DNA of 63,507 nucleotides, counting the filler, from Reclinomonas americana ATCC 50394 (lineage: Eukaryota): assembly GCA_048213135.1 (NCBI GenBank). It is 19 parts of 19 records of this genome, joined end to end, with 100 filler letters (N's around TTAATTAATTAA, not from the genome) between each part and the next. Parts side by side here need not be neighbours in the genome. Positions count along the whole stretch, not along the records: positions 8,537 to 12,397 come from AFZH01022438.1; positions 12,498 to 15,217 come from AFZH01022439.1; positions 15,318 to 18,157 come from AFZH01022441.1; positions 18,258 to 23,441 come from AFZH01022442.1; 15 more parts are not named here. One strand, given 5' to 3'. Both the position numbers and the translations under genes were made by a program. Positions 11,404 through 23,441 of this stretch are shown one piece after another (position 1 is the first letter of the stretch; the number at the start of each line of letters is the position of its first letter). The notes beneath the pieces were generated by a model. It was not told the origin of the DNA. It saw only the letters and a list, made by a program, of their open reading frames with translations, and ran no database searches.

Positions 11404-14400
11404 GAAAAGAGAAGGGAGGGGTTTGTGAAAAAGGGGAAGTAGGTGGTGAATACACAGGAAAGGAATGAAAATAGAGAATTTATGGGGCAAGTGGGGGTGG
11501 AGGAGAAGGGAGGGCAAGGGGGAAGGGAGGGAGGGAGGGAGGGCAAGGGAGAGAGGGGGGAGCTCGAGAGACGGAGCGAGGGAGCGAAGGAGCGCGTCTC
11601 GCAAATCGTCAGCGTGTGTGCACGTGGCGCCGGCTGGTCGGTTCTTCACGCGTGGGTGACGCGATTCAGTGGCTGGCGTGTGTGATGCGCCGCCACCGAT
11701 GCTTGGCCGCTGGTCGTGGTCGTCATGCTAGCGCTGCAGCTGACAACCGTTGTCGATCGTCGACTGCGGCACGGTCAAAACACAACAACAACAATTTTAC
11801 TGATACAACAACAACACAGCTAGCTGCATGATGATCACCTGAATATACATAGCGTACCTGTGAAGAAAAGGAGTCTGGCAGTGTTGGGATCGTTATTCTT
11901 CAAGTGTGCAGCAACGCACATTGATTAGCAGAGCGAGGAAAAAACCAGCCAGACAGACATTTGAGTTGTATAGCGTTGGATCATGACGGAGGACAAACCA
12001 GCGACATTTTGTAGCCTCCGATGCCCTTGGAAGCTGTTATCTGCATCTGATAAGGGAGCAAAAAGGTGCGTTGTGATGCCCAGCCTGTGGCCGTCATTAC
12101 ACCGGGGTATAGGTACCCTGGAGACGCAGTTTTTTTCAACAGTTTTCGTGAATCCAGTTCGGTGAATGGAATCTAGTACGGAGATTTAATTGAATGAGAA
12201 CGCGTGAGAGAGTGTGTGCGTGTGTGAGAGAAAGAGGAAGTGTGTGCAAGCGTGTGAAAGAGAGATAGAGCGTGTATGTGTGACGGTGAGAGAGAGAGAG
12301 AGCGTGTGTGTGCGTGAGAGAGAGAGTGTGTGTGAGGGTGAGAATGTGCATGAGTGTGTGTGCATGAATGTGTGTGTGTGTGTGTGTGTACATGTGTNNN
12401 NNNNNNNNNNNNNNNNNNNNNNNNNNNNNNNNNNNNNNNNNTTAATTAATTAANNNNNNNNNNNNNNNNNNNNNNNNNNNNNNNNNNNNNNNNNNNNCCC
12501 CTGCATGGCTGCAGGAGACGCCACCACACCATCCGACTGGCGAGTGCATGCGATCTGCAGGGCCTCTCGGAAGCAGTCGACAACTCTGTCGCGCGCTGCT
12601 CTGAGTGCGCGCACGTGCTCGACACCTGAGTTTGTGGTCGATCCAAACGCGACGTCTGCAGTGAGAACGCGGCGCAGCGCGGATGCTGTCGCAGTCTGCG
12701 TAGCGCACACTGAGTGACACACACTCACTGTCTGTGCTACAGCCTGGTGAATGAACGACGCACCGTCACGGCGCCAGTGGAGAGACCAGTGAGGCTGCGC
12801 AGCAGAGGACGACGTGCTGTGGAACGCGGCGCCGTCGCCGCTTCTGTGTGTTGTTGTTGTTGTGTCGGAGATTCTGTTTGTGCGGACTTGTCTGCACGAA
12901 GCCACCACCATAAAAAAGAAAGAAAGGCAACAGGAGGCAAGCACGCAGACCGCTGAGAGAGCACGCACCCTCGTACTGCGGTCCGTAGATGCGCGGATAC
13001 TTTCTCGCATTCAACAACGCAACATCAATCTGGCGTTTCCACATCGTCCTTATCACACGCTCGTCTTGTGCAGTGATGGTGACAGTCGTCTGCGAGTCGA
13101 ATGAGCCAGATCTAAATGAAGACGCGTCGTCCGCAGAGTGCTGTTGAGCGCCAGCATCGGCCCCTCTCGGCGACAGAGTGTGTGCAGGCAAGTGGCCACG
13201 CGATCGCGATTGATGTTCAGCGCGACGATTGCGACGACGGCGATTGCGATCCTCATCGCTCGGCTCTCTGCAGAGAGTACAGTCGCACACGGCAGGATCA
13301 TCCAGCAACTCGCCACTCATCATTCTCACAGCACGAGGACAATGGACAGGTTGCTGTGGACAGAGCCTCACTCGCGATATCCATTGCGTTTGATTCTTCA
13401 TGCGAGAGAGAATTATGGCCACACAACGCCGCATCAGTGTCGAGCGGCGTCGTTCAATACACTGGAGCTAGCAGGTAAGTGCGTGTTTCCCTGTTGTGCC
13501 ATTAATATTCTCGTGCACTGGCGTGGAGGATGATGATCTCTGACCGCGCACTGTGTTGCCCAACTCCCAGTGCGACTTTGGTGGCTTGAGCGATGCTGTG
13601 AGCGGGTACGTGAGTTTGTGTCTCTTCTCTCTCTCCCCTATTCCCCACCTTTCCAACCTCCTTCCCTCGCTCTCCTCTCCACCTTCGCACGCAATTCTCA
13701 CCCACACCTGCAGTTCGGTGCACCCAAGTGCACAACACGCGTTGCACGGCCACACCATCTTCTGTTTCGCTGCAGCGGTATGTGAACCTGTGCGTGTCAC
13801 CACTCCTTGTTGTTTGTGCAAGTGCGACGCCTCCACATTGCTCACACGAGTGGGGTTTGCCTTGCGCAGGTCAGTTGCCGCGAATTGTATGTGTTTGAGT
13901 TGCGTGTTTGCATAGCGTTTGTGTTGAATGTGGGGTGTGGGGCGATGTGCTGTGGGTGGGCGAGTGCAGTGGGGCAAGTGAGAGGTTGAACACGAGTAGT
14001 AGTGGGTGGCTGGGCAATTGCAAGAGGATTATCTTGCACACCAACTGTTTGTTCTCCGACACTGCGTGCTTGCACACTCTGCACGCTTGTTCTCTCTCCC
14101 GTACTGCAGTCAAGACCAGCAGCGCACTCTCATCCACACTGTTCCATTCGCTTTTGGAGTTGTTTACTTTGTGCTGCCTTGTCGTTGGTACTCACAACTA
14201 CTCTTCCTTTCTGTGTTTCGTGCACGAGGATTAGCTAGCAGCGCATGGGTGCACCGCACCATGCCCTCTCCCCTTGCTTTGTTGCACGTGCTTGGCGTCT
14301 CACCCTGCTCTACTCTCTCTCTCTCTCTCTCCCTCTCCCTCTCTGTGACGCACACACGCGCAAGTGCACCGGCACGGCTGGCTCGTGCCTGTAAGCAGTG

Positions 14401-15317
14401 TCTGCGTGCACTAGTACTGAGGATACGAGTACAGAGTGAGAGAGAATGTCGCAGATCTCCGTGCCGTGGTGTTTGTGCTTGTCGTGCATTGCTACAATGG
14501 CATCTCACCAGCCTTGTTTACCTGCAGGTGACCCCACTGCTGTGGTGTCCACCGGACTGCGTTGATCGCGGAGTGTACATGTTATGGTTCGTGGTTTCTT
14601 GGTCGTTCACTTGCCTGTTTGAAGTGCTTGCTTGCTCACTCCAACTCATGTGTGTAGGCTCCTCCGGCCGAGTACCCCCACGCTTGCTGGTTCGTCCCAT
14701 GTGCTTGTGTGGTGTGAACAACATCTGTGACCACTGTGCTTACTGCGTTACCTTGCAGCGGTGTGTCTTGCTGAAGCTCGTGGCGTGGTCACTGCCTGCC
14801 GCGGCAGTGCGGCGCGGCGTTGCAGAGGCCCATGAGGACGCCGGCCGGCGTGCTTGCGGTGATGGTGCGTGCGTGTGCGTGAGCCGCGTATGCACCATCC
14901 TGCCGGCTGCTGTGCACGCCTGGCGCTGATGTGCGCTGTTGGTGCCGGCAGGCGCATCCACGACTGGTTGCCGGCCAACTGCTGGTCGGTGGCTGCCGTG
15001 TTGAGACGAATGAGTTCCATCAGTGGTGCACCGCCGGGCATGGCTACGGCACGGCGGCCCTGCCCACCGTCCCCTGCACCGAGTAGTGCGCTGTTTAGTG
15101 GCGCCAGCTGCCAGCCAGCTGCTGCATTGACAGCTGACGCAGCAATGAGAGCATGCATCGATATGAGCTGATAATGAATCATCTGAACGCTGCTCTTGCA
15201 AGGAAACAATGTCTACTNNNNNNNNNNNNNNNNNNNNNNNNNNNNNNNNNNNNNNNNNNNNTTAATTAATTAANNNNNNNNNNNNNNNNNNNNNNNNNNN
15301 NNNNNNNNNNNNNNNNN

Positions 15318-15872
15318 ACCATTCGAGTGTGGTTGCTGGCGAGTGGGGAGGAGGTGCTGCGGTTGGAGGGGCACACTGGCTTGGTGCTCTCTGTCACTCC
15401 CGATGGTCGACGCATTGTGAGTGGCGGTGGGGACGAGACAGTGCGAATATTGTCACTGGCAAGTGGGATGGAAGTACGCCGGTTGGAGGGACACACTGGA
15501 AGGGTGTGCGCCGTCGCTGTTACTCCCAGCGGTCAGCATATTGTAAGTGGGAGCGAGGACAGCACCGTGCGGATGTGGTCTCTGGCGAGTGGCGAGGAAG
15601 TACGACCGTTGGAGCGACACACTGGATGGGTGTCGTCTGTGGCCATCTCTCCCAATGGTCAGCACATTGTGAGCGCGGGTGGCTACGACGAGACCGTGCG
15701 AGTGCGGTCCACGCCGCGTGGCCTTGCTGGCTTCGAACTCGACGCCGCGCGCTCGGCCATGCGAGCTGTGCAGGAGATGCAGGAGGAGGAAGTAGATTCT
15801 CGATGTCTTCCCGAGCTGGTTCTGCGCTGTTTCATCGTCGAGGATGCCGAGGTCGTCCTCTTCCGGTGCTGA
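15318..15872 (+). CDS. WD40 array gene, type A, copy 1 (3' part; 5' end in gap)
   Basis: WD40 repeats, then the tail STPRGLAGFELDAARSAM...DSRCLPELVLRCFIVEDAEVVLFRC*. Confidence 0.85.
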   Translation, partial: TIRVWLLASGEEVLRLEGHTGLVLSVTPDGRRIVSGGGDETVRILSLASGMEVRRLEGHTGRVCAVAVTPSGQHIVSGSEDSTVRMWSLASGEEVRPLERHTGWVSSVAISPNGQHIVSAGGYDETVRVRSTPRGLAGFELDAARSAMRAVQEMQEEEVDSRCLPELVLRCFIVEDAEVVLFRC

Positions 15873-17969
15873 GTCGGTGAGTCGAAGGGAGGGAAGGTGG
15901 CTGCTGGTGATCGTGAATTGTTTTTTCGTGTCTTGCGCGGGGGTGCGGGTGATCATGTGGGTGCAGGTGGGGGAAGAGAGGACGACAGAGGAAGAGAGAG
16001 AGGTCATTTATGAAAAATTGTTCTCTCGTGCTTGTTGCCCTGTCATGTGAATGTGAGTGTGCGGTCGTGAAGCATGTCTCCTTCTGTGTACGTGACTCTT
16101 TCTCACCTAAATTTGTGTGTGCAAGCGCGATGAATCACTTGGGAGTCTCTTGCGTTTTTTTGTCTCTTTGTGATGTCTATTGTTCGTGCATCTTTAGTCG
16201 TGCAGGTGTGTGCCTCAGGAGAGCGAGTCACCGATGTTTGTTTCCTCGCTTCTTGATTCACCTTCTTGGTGCCACTTTTCTTCCTCTCATCGTGCCTGTG
16301 CGCCGCGGACATTCTCCTTCCGGCTCTGAAGAATGCCAGTCATTCAGTTCCCGCTTTCTGCCCCTTGCTGAATCTCTCTTTCTCCTCCTTCTCCCTCCCT
16401 TGTGCGCTCATGATCTTCACCAGTAATACGCCCCTTCTTGCCGCACACGCTCGAGGTCGAGCTGCTGGTCCGCGCGCTCACCGTGTTCCGACTGCCATCG
16501 CATTGGGCAGTCCATGATGGTGAGCTTCCCGATGCCGAAGTGTGTGAGGTGGCATACCTGCATACTGACTCTGCTCCATCTCTCCCTTGCAGGATGGTTG
16601 TGTGAGCGTCACTCGGCTGTCTTCTTGCCCAAACGCGTGTTGGTATCAGGTGCTGATTGGCGTGTTCGTCGTTGAGACAGAGCAGATATCTCTCTCCTTC
16701 CTCAATTCCTCGCTCACAGTGTACCGACATGCAGGCACCTTAGGGGCAGGTCCCCCTCGTCATTGGCCGCGATGCTGACTGGCGTGTCGTGCATTGCCCG
16801 TTGTCGGCTATCACCTCACTCACTCGGCTCCCCACTCGCATCCCTCCCTGCACGAAGCAGGTGCATGACCTTGTTCGTCTTGATCTCTCTTTTCTCCTTC
16901 CATCCCACTCACTTCATACCTGCAGGTCGTGCAGGTCATGGAGAACGTGGCTGGGAGGATGTACACATGCGCGCGTGCCGTGCTGTGCGATGGTGGCCTG
17001 CTCGGTGGATCGTTTTCAATCCCGGCTGGCAAGTCGGAGCGAATCGATGATGTGCGCTCCTTGGTTGCTGCTGTCCCTGCCGAGTGATGCTGGTGGTGGC
17101 CCCGGGAGACTGCAGACTCGTGCCAGGCTAGCAACACATGGTGCGTGCGTGTTCTGTATCTGCACTGAGGAGTAAGTTGGTGAGACTTGGAGGTTGACTA
17201 ACTCAATTCTGTGCGACAGACGTGCTGGCAAGTGACTGGCATGCGAAGACACGTGGTTCTGTGCCACACAGTACACCCATGAGACGATTCACCGGCCGAC
17301 TGTGAGTGTGATTGAAGGGACGAGGCATCGATTGTGACTTGGGTGAGAGGAGGCGAGTCACACAACACGGCTGCCTCGTCCATCTGTGCTGGTCTCTCCT
17401 CTCCTGTTCCCTCTGACTCTCCCTCTTCGTCGTACCATCATGACGTGCACCTCGTCTGCTTCGCTGTGGGCCGATCCAAGGAGGTGTGCGGTTTCGATGA
17501 CTCGGTGCGTTATCGATTCTCGAGTTTGCTGTGGCTTCAGCACAGCTGGACCACAGCTGCATATCCAAGCAGCCCGACATGCCAGTCCTCGTTGAGAGAG
17601 AATGCAGGGCAGTCGAAAGAGAGTGTCGCTGGACGTGCACGGTGCAGTGGAGCGCCACCTGGTGTGACCTCCACTTTGCATGTCCATTCTGCCGATTTCG
17701 CATCGACGTGTCCCGTGTCGGTCATCGAAAGCCCGCACGCATCATCGGAGTCACATCGCTCTCATGCTGCTGTATGCTGTGTGGGTGGGGTGCTGGCTGC
17801 AGCCTGGCGAGCGATGGACGACGTGTCAGAGCAAGGCGGGAGAAGAAAGGCGGGAAACAGTGACAATCCTGAGCGAGCAAATCACGCACACACGCACCCT
17901 CTCTCACACACGCACCACCCTCTCTCACACACGCACCACCCTCTCTCTCTCACACACACACACCGGAGA

Positions 17970-18157
17970 ATGGCAACAAAGGTGTGAATGTGTGCGCACT
18001 GTGCGTGGTTGGTCTCTGTGCGTGCATTCGTGTGCTTGTGCGTGTGTGCGGTTTTGTTCGTGTTGTTGTGCTTGTCTCCGAATGTTGCTCTGCGTGCGCG
18101 TCTCATCGCGAGTGATCGGCACAGATCATTCAAAGTCTCGCTTCTTCGGTGCGGTCC
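17970..18157 (+). CDS. WD40 array gene, type A (5' end; rest in gap)
   Basis: ATGGCAACAAAG|GT (17970-17981), intron ending CACAG, exon from 18125 reading IIQSLASSVRS. Confidence 0.75.
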
Positions 18158-18257
18158 NNNNNNNNNNNNNNNNNNNNNNNNNNNNNNNNNNNNNNNNNNN
18201 NTTAATTAATTAANNNNNNNNNNNNNNNNNNNNNNNNNNNNNNNNNNNNNNNNNNNN

Positions 18258-18292
<35 letters not shown>

Positions 18293-19866
18293 CACCGTCT
18301 TCCTCCTTTGTGCGCTCACCATCTTCCCCAGTCGTCCACCCCTCCTTCCCGCACAAGCTCGAGGCCGAGCATGCATGCTGGTCTGCTCAAGATGCGCCGA
18401 CTTCCATTCTGCCTCCTGCGAGTCCATGATGGTGAGCATTCCGATACCGAAGTGGCATGACTGCATGCTGACTCTGCTCTCTCTCTCTCGTAGGGTGGAT
18501 GTGTGTGCAGAAACGTCCCTCGGCTTGCCTGATGCGCAAACGCGTGTTGGTATCAGATGCCCATCGGTGTGTTCGTCAGCGAGACAAGAGCTCCTCTTCT
18601 TCCATTCCTTTGCTCACAGCACACCGACATGCAGATACCTTGGAGGCACGTGCTTGCCGTCGGCCGTGACGATGAATGGCTGTGCATCGCCCATTGCCGA
18701 CTGTCACCTCACTCACTCGGCTCTCCACTCGCATCCCACCGTGAACTCAGCAGGTGTGTGGCCTTGTTCGTCTTGATCTCTCTTTCCTCTTTCTCTCCCA
18801 CTCACCTCATTCATGCAGGCCATGCGTATCATGAAATGCATGGCGAGGGGGTGTACACAAGCGTGCCGTGCTGTGCGATGGATGGCCTGGTCGGTGGATC
18901 GTTTTCAATCCCGGATGGTAAGTCGGAGCGAATCGATGATGTGCGCGCCTTGGCTGCTGCTGTCACTGTCGAGCGACGATGGTGGTGACTGCAGGCACGT
19001 GCGAGACCAGCAACTCATGGTGGGCGCGTATTCTACTCCTGCGTTGAGGAACAAGTTGACGAGACTTGGAGATTGACTGACTCAGTGCTGTGTGTGATCT
19101 GAACACAGGCGTGCTGGCAAGTCGAAGACACGTGGTTCCATGCTTCGCAGTACACGCATGAGACGATTCCCGACCGACTGCAAGTGTGATTGAAGGCACG
19201 AGGCATTGATTGTGATTTGGGTGAGAGGAGGCGTCACAGTACTTGCATGTGACGATTCACCGACCGACTGTGAGTGTGATTGAAGGCATGAGGCATTGAT
19301 TGTGATCATGACTTGGGTGGGAGGAGGCGAGTCTCACGACACAGCTGCCTCTTCCATCGCTGTGCTGCTGTTATGGTCGCTCCTCTCCTGTCCCTTTTGC
19401 CATCCTCGTGTGCCCCTAATCAGCCTCGCTGTGGGCCGATCCAATGAGGTGTGAGGTTTCGAAGACTCGGTGCTCAATGGATTCTCGAGTGCACGTGTGC
19501 CGTGGCATCAGCACAACAGGACGTCGACCACAGCTGCGTATCCAAGCAGCCCAGCGCTCCAGTCCTTGTTGAGACAGAGTGCAGGGCAGTAGAAAGAGAG
19601 TGTCGCTGGTCAGCAGCGCGATGCAGTGGAGCGCCACCTTGTGTCGCCAGCATGTCCATCCTGCCGATTTCTCATCGACGAGTCCTGTGTCGGTCTTTGA
19701 AAGCCCACACGCATCAACGAAGCCACATCGTTCACACACTACCGCATGCTGTGTGGCGTACTGGCTGCAGCCTGGCGAGCGATGGACGACGTCTCAGAGC
19801 AAGGCGGGAGAAGAAACGGGGAAACGGTGACAATCCTGAGCGAGCAATCACACACACACACACACC

Positions 19867-19909
<43 letters not shown>

Positions 19910-19930
19910 ACACACATACACGCACGGAGA

Positions 19931-21091
19931 ATGACAACAAAGGTGTGAATGTGTGCGCACTTTTGCGTGGTTGGTGTCTGTGCGTGCATTCGTGTGCTCG
20001 TGCGTGTGTGCGGTTGTTGTTTGTGTTGCTGAGCGTGTGCGTCTCACTGCGAGTGATCGGCACAGATCATTCAGAGTCGCGCTGCGATGTGGTCCGTCGT
20101 CGTCACTCCCGATAACAAGCACATTGTCGGTGGATGCGACGACGGCACCATCCGAATTTGGTCACTGGCGAGTGGCAAGGAGGTGCGACGGCTGGTGGGA
20201 CACACTGAATTCGAATGGGTGTATTGTGTCGCCGTCACCCCAGATGGCCAACATATCGTCAGTGGAAGTGGAGACAATACCGTGCGTGTGTGGTCGCTGG
20301 AGAGTGGGGAGGAGGTGCGACGGCTGGTTGGACACGTCGACACTGTGACGTCTGCCGCCGTTACCCCTGATGGCCAGCACCTCGTGAGCGGCAGCAGCGG
20401 CAAGACTGTACGGGTGTGGTCACTGGCGAGTGGAGAAGAGGTGCGACAGCTGGAAGGACACACCGATTCGGTGCGGTCTGTCGCCGTTACCCCTGATGGT
20501 CAGCATATTGTGAGTGGTAGCTACGATAACACAGTGCGTGTGTGGTTGATGGCGAGCGGGGAGGAGGTGCGACGGTTGGCGGGACACACTGGATGGGTGT
20601 ACTCTGTTACTGTCACTCCAGACTGTCGGCATATTTTTAGTGGGAGTCGGGACAACACCGTGCGAGTGTGGTCGTTGACGAGTGGAGACCAAGTGCGACG
20701 GTTGGAGGGACACACTGGTGCGGTGTGGTCTGTCGCCGTCACCCCAAATGGACAGCACATCATTAGCGGGAGTGGGGACAACACCGTGCGGATGTGGTCT
20801 CTGGAGAGTGGCGAGGAGGTGCGACGGTTGGAGGGACACACTGGATGGGTGTATTGTGTCGCCGTGTCTCCCGATGGTCAGCACATTGTGAGTGCGGGTG
20901 GCTACGACAAGACCGTGAGAGTGTGGTCTACACCGCGTGGCCTTGCTCGTCTCGAACTCGACGCTGCGCGCTCGGCCATGCAGGCTGTGCAGGAGATGCA
21001 GGATGAGGAAGAAGATTCAAGATGTCTTCCCGAGCTGGTTCTGCGCTGTTTCATCATCGAGGATGCCGAGGTCGTCCTTTTCCGGTACTGA
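19931..21091 (+). CDS. WD40 array gene, type A, complete: 7 WD40 repeats and constant tail
   Basis: Exon 1 19931-19942 (MTTK), intron 19943-20065, exon 2 20066-21091 in frame with ORF 20087. Seven repeats, then STPRGLARLELDAAR...RCFIIEDAEVVLFRY*. Confidence 0.9.
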
Positions 21092-23109
21092 GGCGGTGAG
21101 TCGGAAGCAGAGAAGGTTGCTGCTGGTGATTGTGAGTTGTTTTTCGTGTCTTGCGAGGGAGAGTGGGTGAATCATGCGGGATGCAGGTGGGGGAAGAGAG
21201 GACGACAGAGGATGGGTGGGAGATAGTTATTTACGAGGAGCTCTCCCGTCGGTGTTGTCCTGCCATGTGAATGGGAGTGTGCGGTCGTGAAGGATCTCTC
21301 TCTCTCTCTCTCTCTGTTTGCGTGTCTCATTCTCATCTCTATTGGTGTGTGCAAGCGAGATGGATTGCTTGGAAATCTGTTGTGCCTTTCTTGTCTCGTT
21401 GTGATGTCTGTTGTACGTGCATCGATTTCTTTAGTCGTGCTTGTATGTGCCTCAGGAGAGCGACGTCTTGCTTTGCACACTTCCTTGGCGCCACTACTCT
21501 GTGTCCGATCGTGCATGTGCGCCGTAGACATTCTCCTTTCAGCTGCGAAGCTTGCATGTCATTCCGTTCCTCCCTTTCTCTGTCCCTTGCAGAGTCTCTC
21601 TCTTTCTTCACCATCTCCCTCCTTTGTGCGCTCATGTTCTTCTCCAGTTACCCACCCCTTGCCGCACACGCTCGAGGTCGAGCTGCTGGTCCGCGCGCTC
21701 ACCGTGTTCCGATTGCCATCGATAGCCAGTCCATCATGGTGAGCTTCCCGATGCCGAAGTGTGTGAGGTGGCATGACTGCATGCTGATTCTGCTCTCTCT
21801 CCCTTTCTCTCCCTTGCAGGATGATTGTGTGAGCATCCCTCGCCTTGCCTCTTGCCCAAACGCTTGTTGGTATCACGTGCTGATCGGTGTGTTTGTCATT
21901 GAGACGGAGAAGATTTCTCTCCTCTTCTTCCATTCCTTTGCCCACAGTGTGCCGACATGCAGACGCCTTGGAAGTACGTGCTCCTTGTCGTTGGCTGTGA
22001 CGATGACAGGCGTGCTATGCATCGCCCGTTGCCGGCTGTCACCTCACTCACTCGGCTTCCCACTCGCATCACACCGTGAACTCAGCAGGTGTGTGGCCTT
22101 GTTCGTCGTGATTTATCTCTCCTCCTTCCCTCCCACTCACCTCATTCATGCAGGTCGTGTAGGTCATGGGGAGCGTGGCTGGGTGTACACCTGCGTGCCG
22201 TGCTGTGCGATGGTGGCCTGGTCGGTGGCTTGTTTCAATCCCGGCTGGCGAGTCGGAGCAGATCGATGATGTGCGCACCTTGGTTGCCGCCGTCACTGCC
22301 GAGTGACCACGGTGGTGACCGTTGGAGAGTGCAGGCACAAGCTTGGCCAGCAACACAAGGTGCGTGCGTGTTCTGCTTCTGCGTTGAGGAGCAAGTTGAT
22401 GAGACTCGGAGATTTACTGACTCAATTCTGTGTGTGTGCCATGAACACAGGCGTGCTGGCAAGTGACTGGCATGCGAAGACACGTGGTTCTGTGCCTCAC
22501 AGTACATGCATGAGACGATTCACCGGCCGACTGTGAGTGTGATTGAAGGCACGAAGCGTTGATTGTGACTTGGGTGAGAGGAGGCAAGTCTCACGACCCA
22601 ACTGCCTCTTCCATCGCTGTGCTACTGTGCTGGTCGCTGCTCTCCTGTCTCTTGTGGCTCTCGTTCTTTCTTGTTCCATCATCAACCTCGCTGTGGATCA
22701 ATCCGAGGAGGCGTGAGGTTTCGATGTCTCAGTGCTCATTGGATTCTCGCGATCGGGTGTGCCGTGGCATCAGCACAGGGCCAGAGTTGTGTATCCAAGC
22801 AGCCCGACATTCCAATTCTCGTTGGCAGAGAATGCTGGCCGGTCTCGATGCAATGGAGCACCACCTCGAGCCACCACCACTTTGCATGTCCATTATGCCG
22901 ATTTCTCATCGACGAGTCCCATGTCAGTCATCGAAAGCCCGCACGCATCATCGGAGCCACATCGTTCACACACTACCGCATGCTGTGTGGGGTGCTGGCT
23001 GCAGCCTGGCGAGGGATGGACGACGTCTCAGTGCAAGGCGGGAGAAGAAAGGCGGGAAACAGTGACAATCCTGAGCGAGCATATCACACACACATACACC
23101 ACACGGAGA

Positions 23110-23441
23110 ATGGCAACAAAGGTGTGAATGTGCGCACTTTTGCGTGGTTGGTGTCTGTGCGTGCATCCATGCGCTTGTGCATGTGTGCGGTTGTTGTTTG
23201 TGTGTTTGTGCATGTGCATCTCACTGCGAATGATCGCCACAGATCATTCAGAGTCTCCCTTCCTCAGTGAGGTCCGTCGCCGTCACTCCCGATTGCCAGC
23301 ACATTGTTGGTGGATGCATGAACAGCACCGTTCGAATGTGGTCTCTGGCGAGCGGAGAAGAAGTGCAACGACTGGAGAGAGACACTGGTCCGGTGTGGTC
23401 TGTCGCCGTCACCCCCGATGGCCAGCAGATAGTGAGTGGGT
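23110..23441 (+). CDS. WD40 array gene, type A (5' part; rest in gap)
   Basis: MATK exon 23110-23121; exon 2 from 23243 reading IIQSLPSSVRSVAVTPDCQHIVGG. Confidence 0.8.

Noticed and set aside
12498..15217. Possible gene or transposon remnant (e.g. minus-strand ORF 12766-13434)
   Set aside because: No recognisable motif or consistent exon chain; left uncalled.
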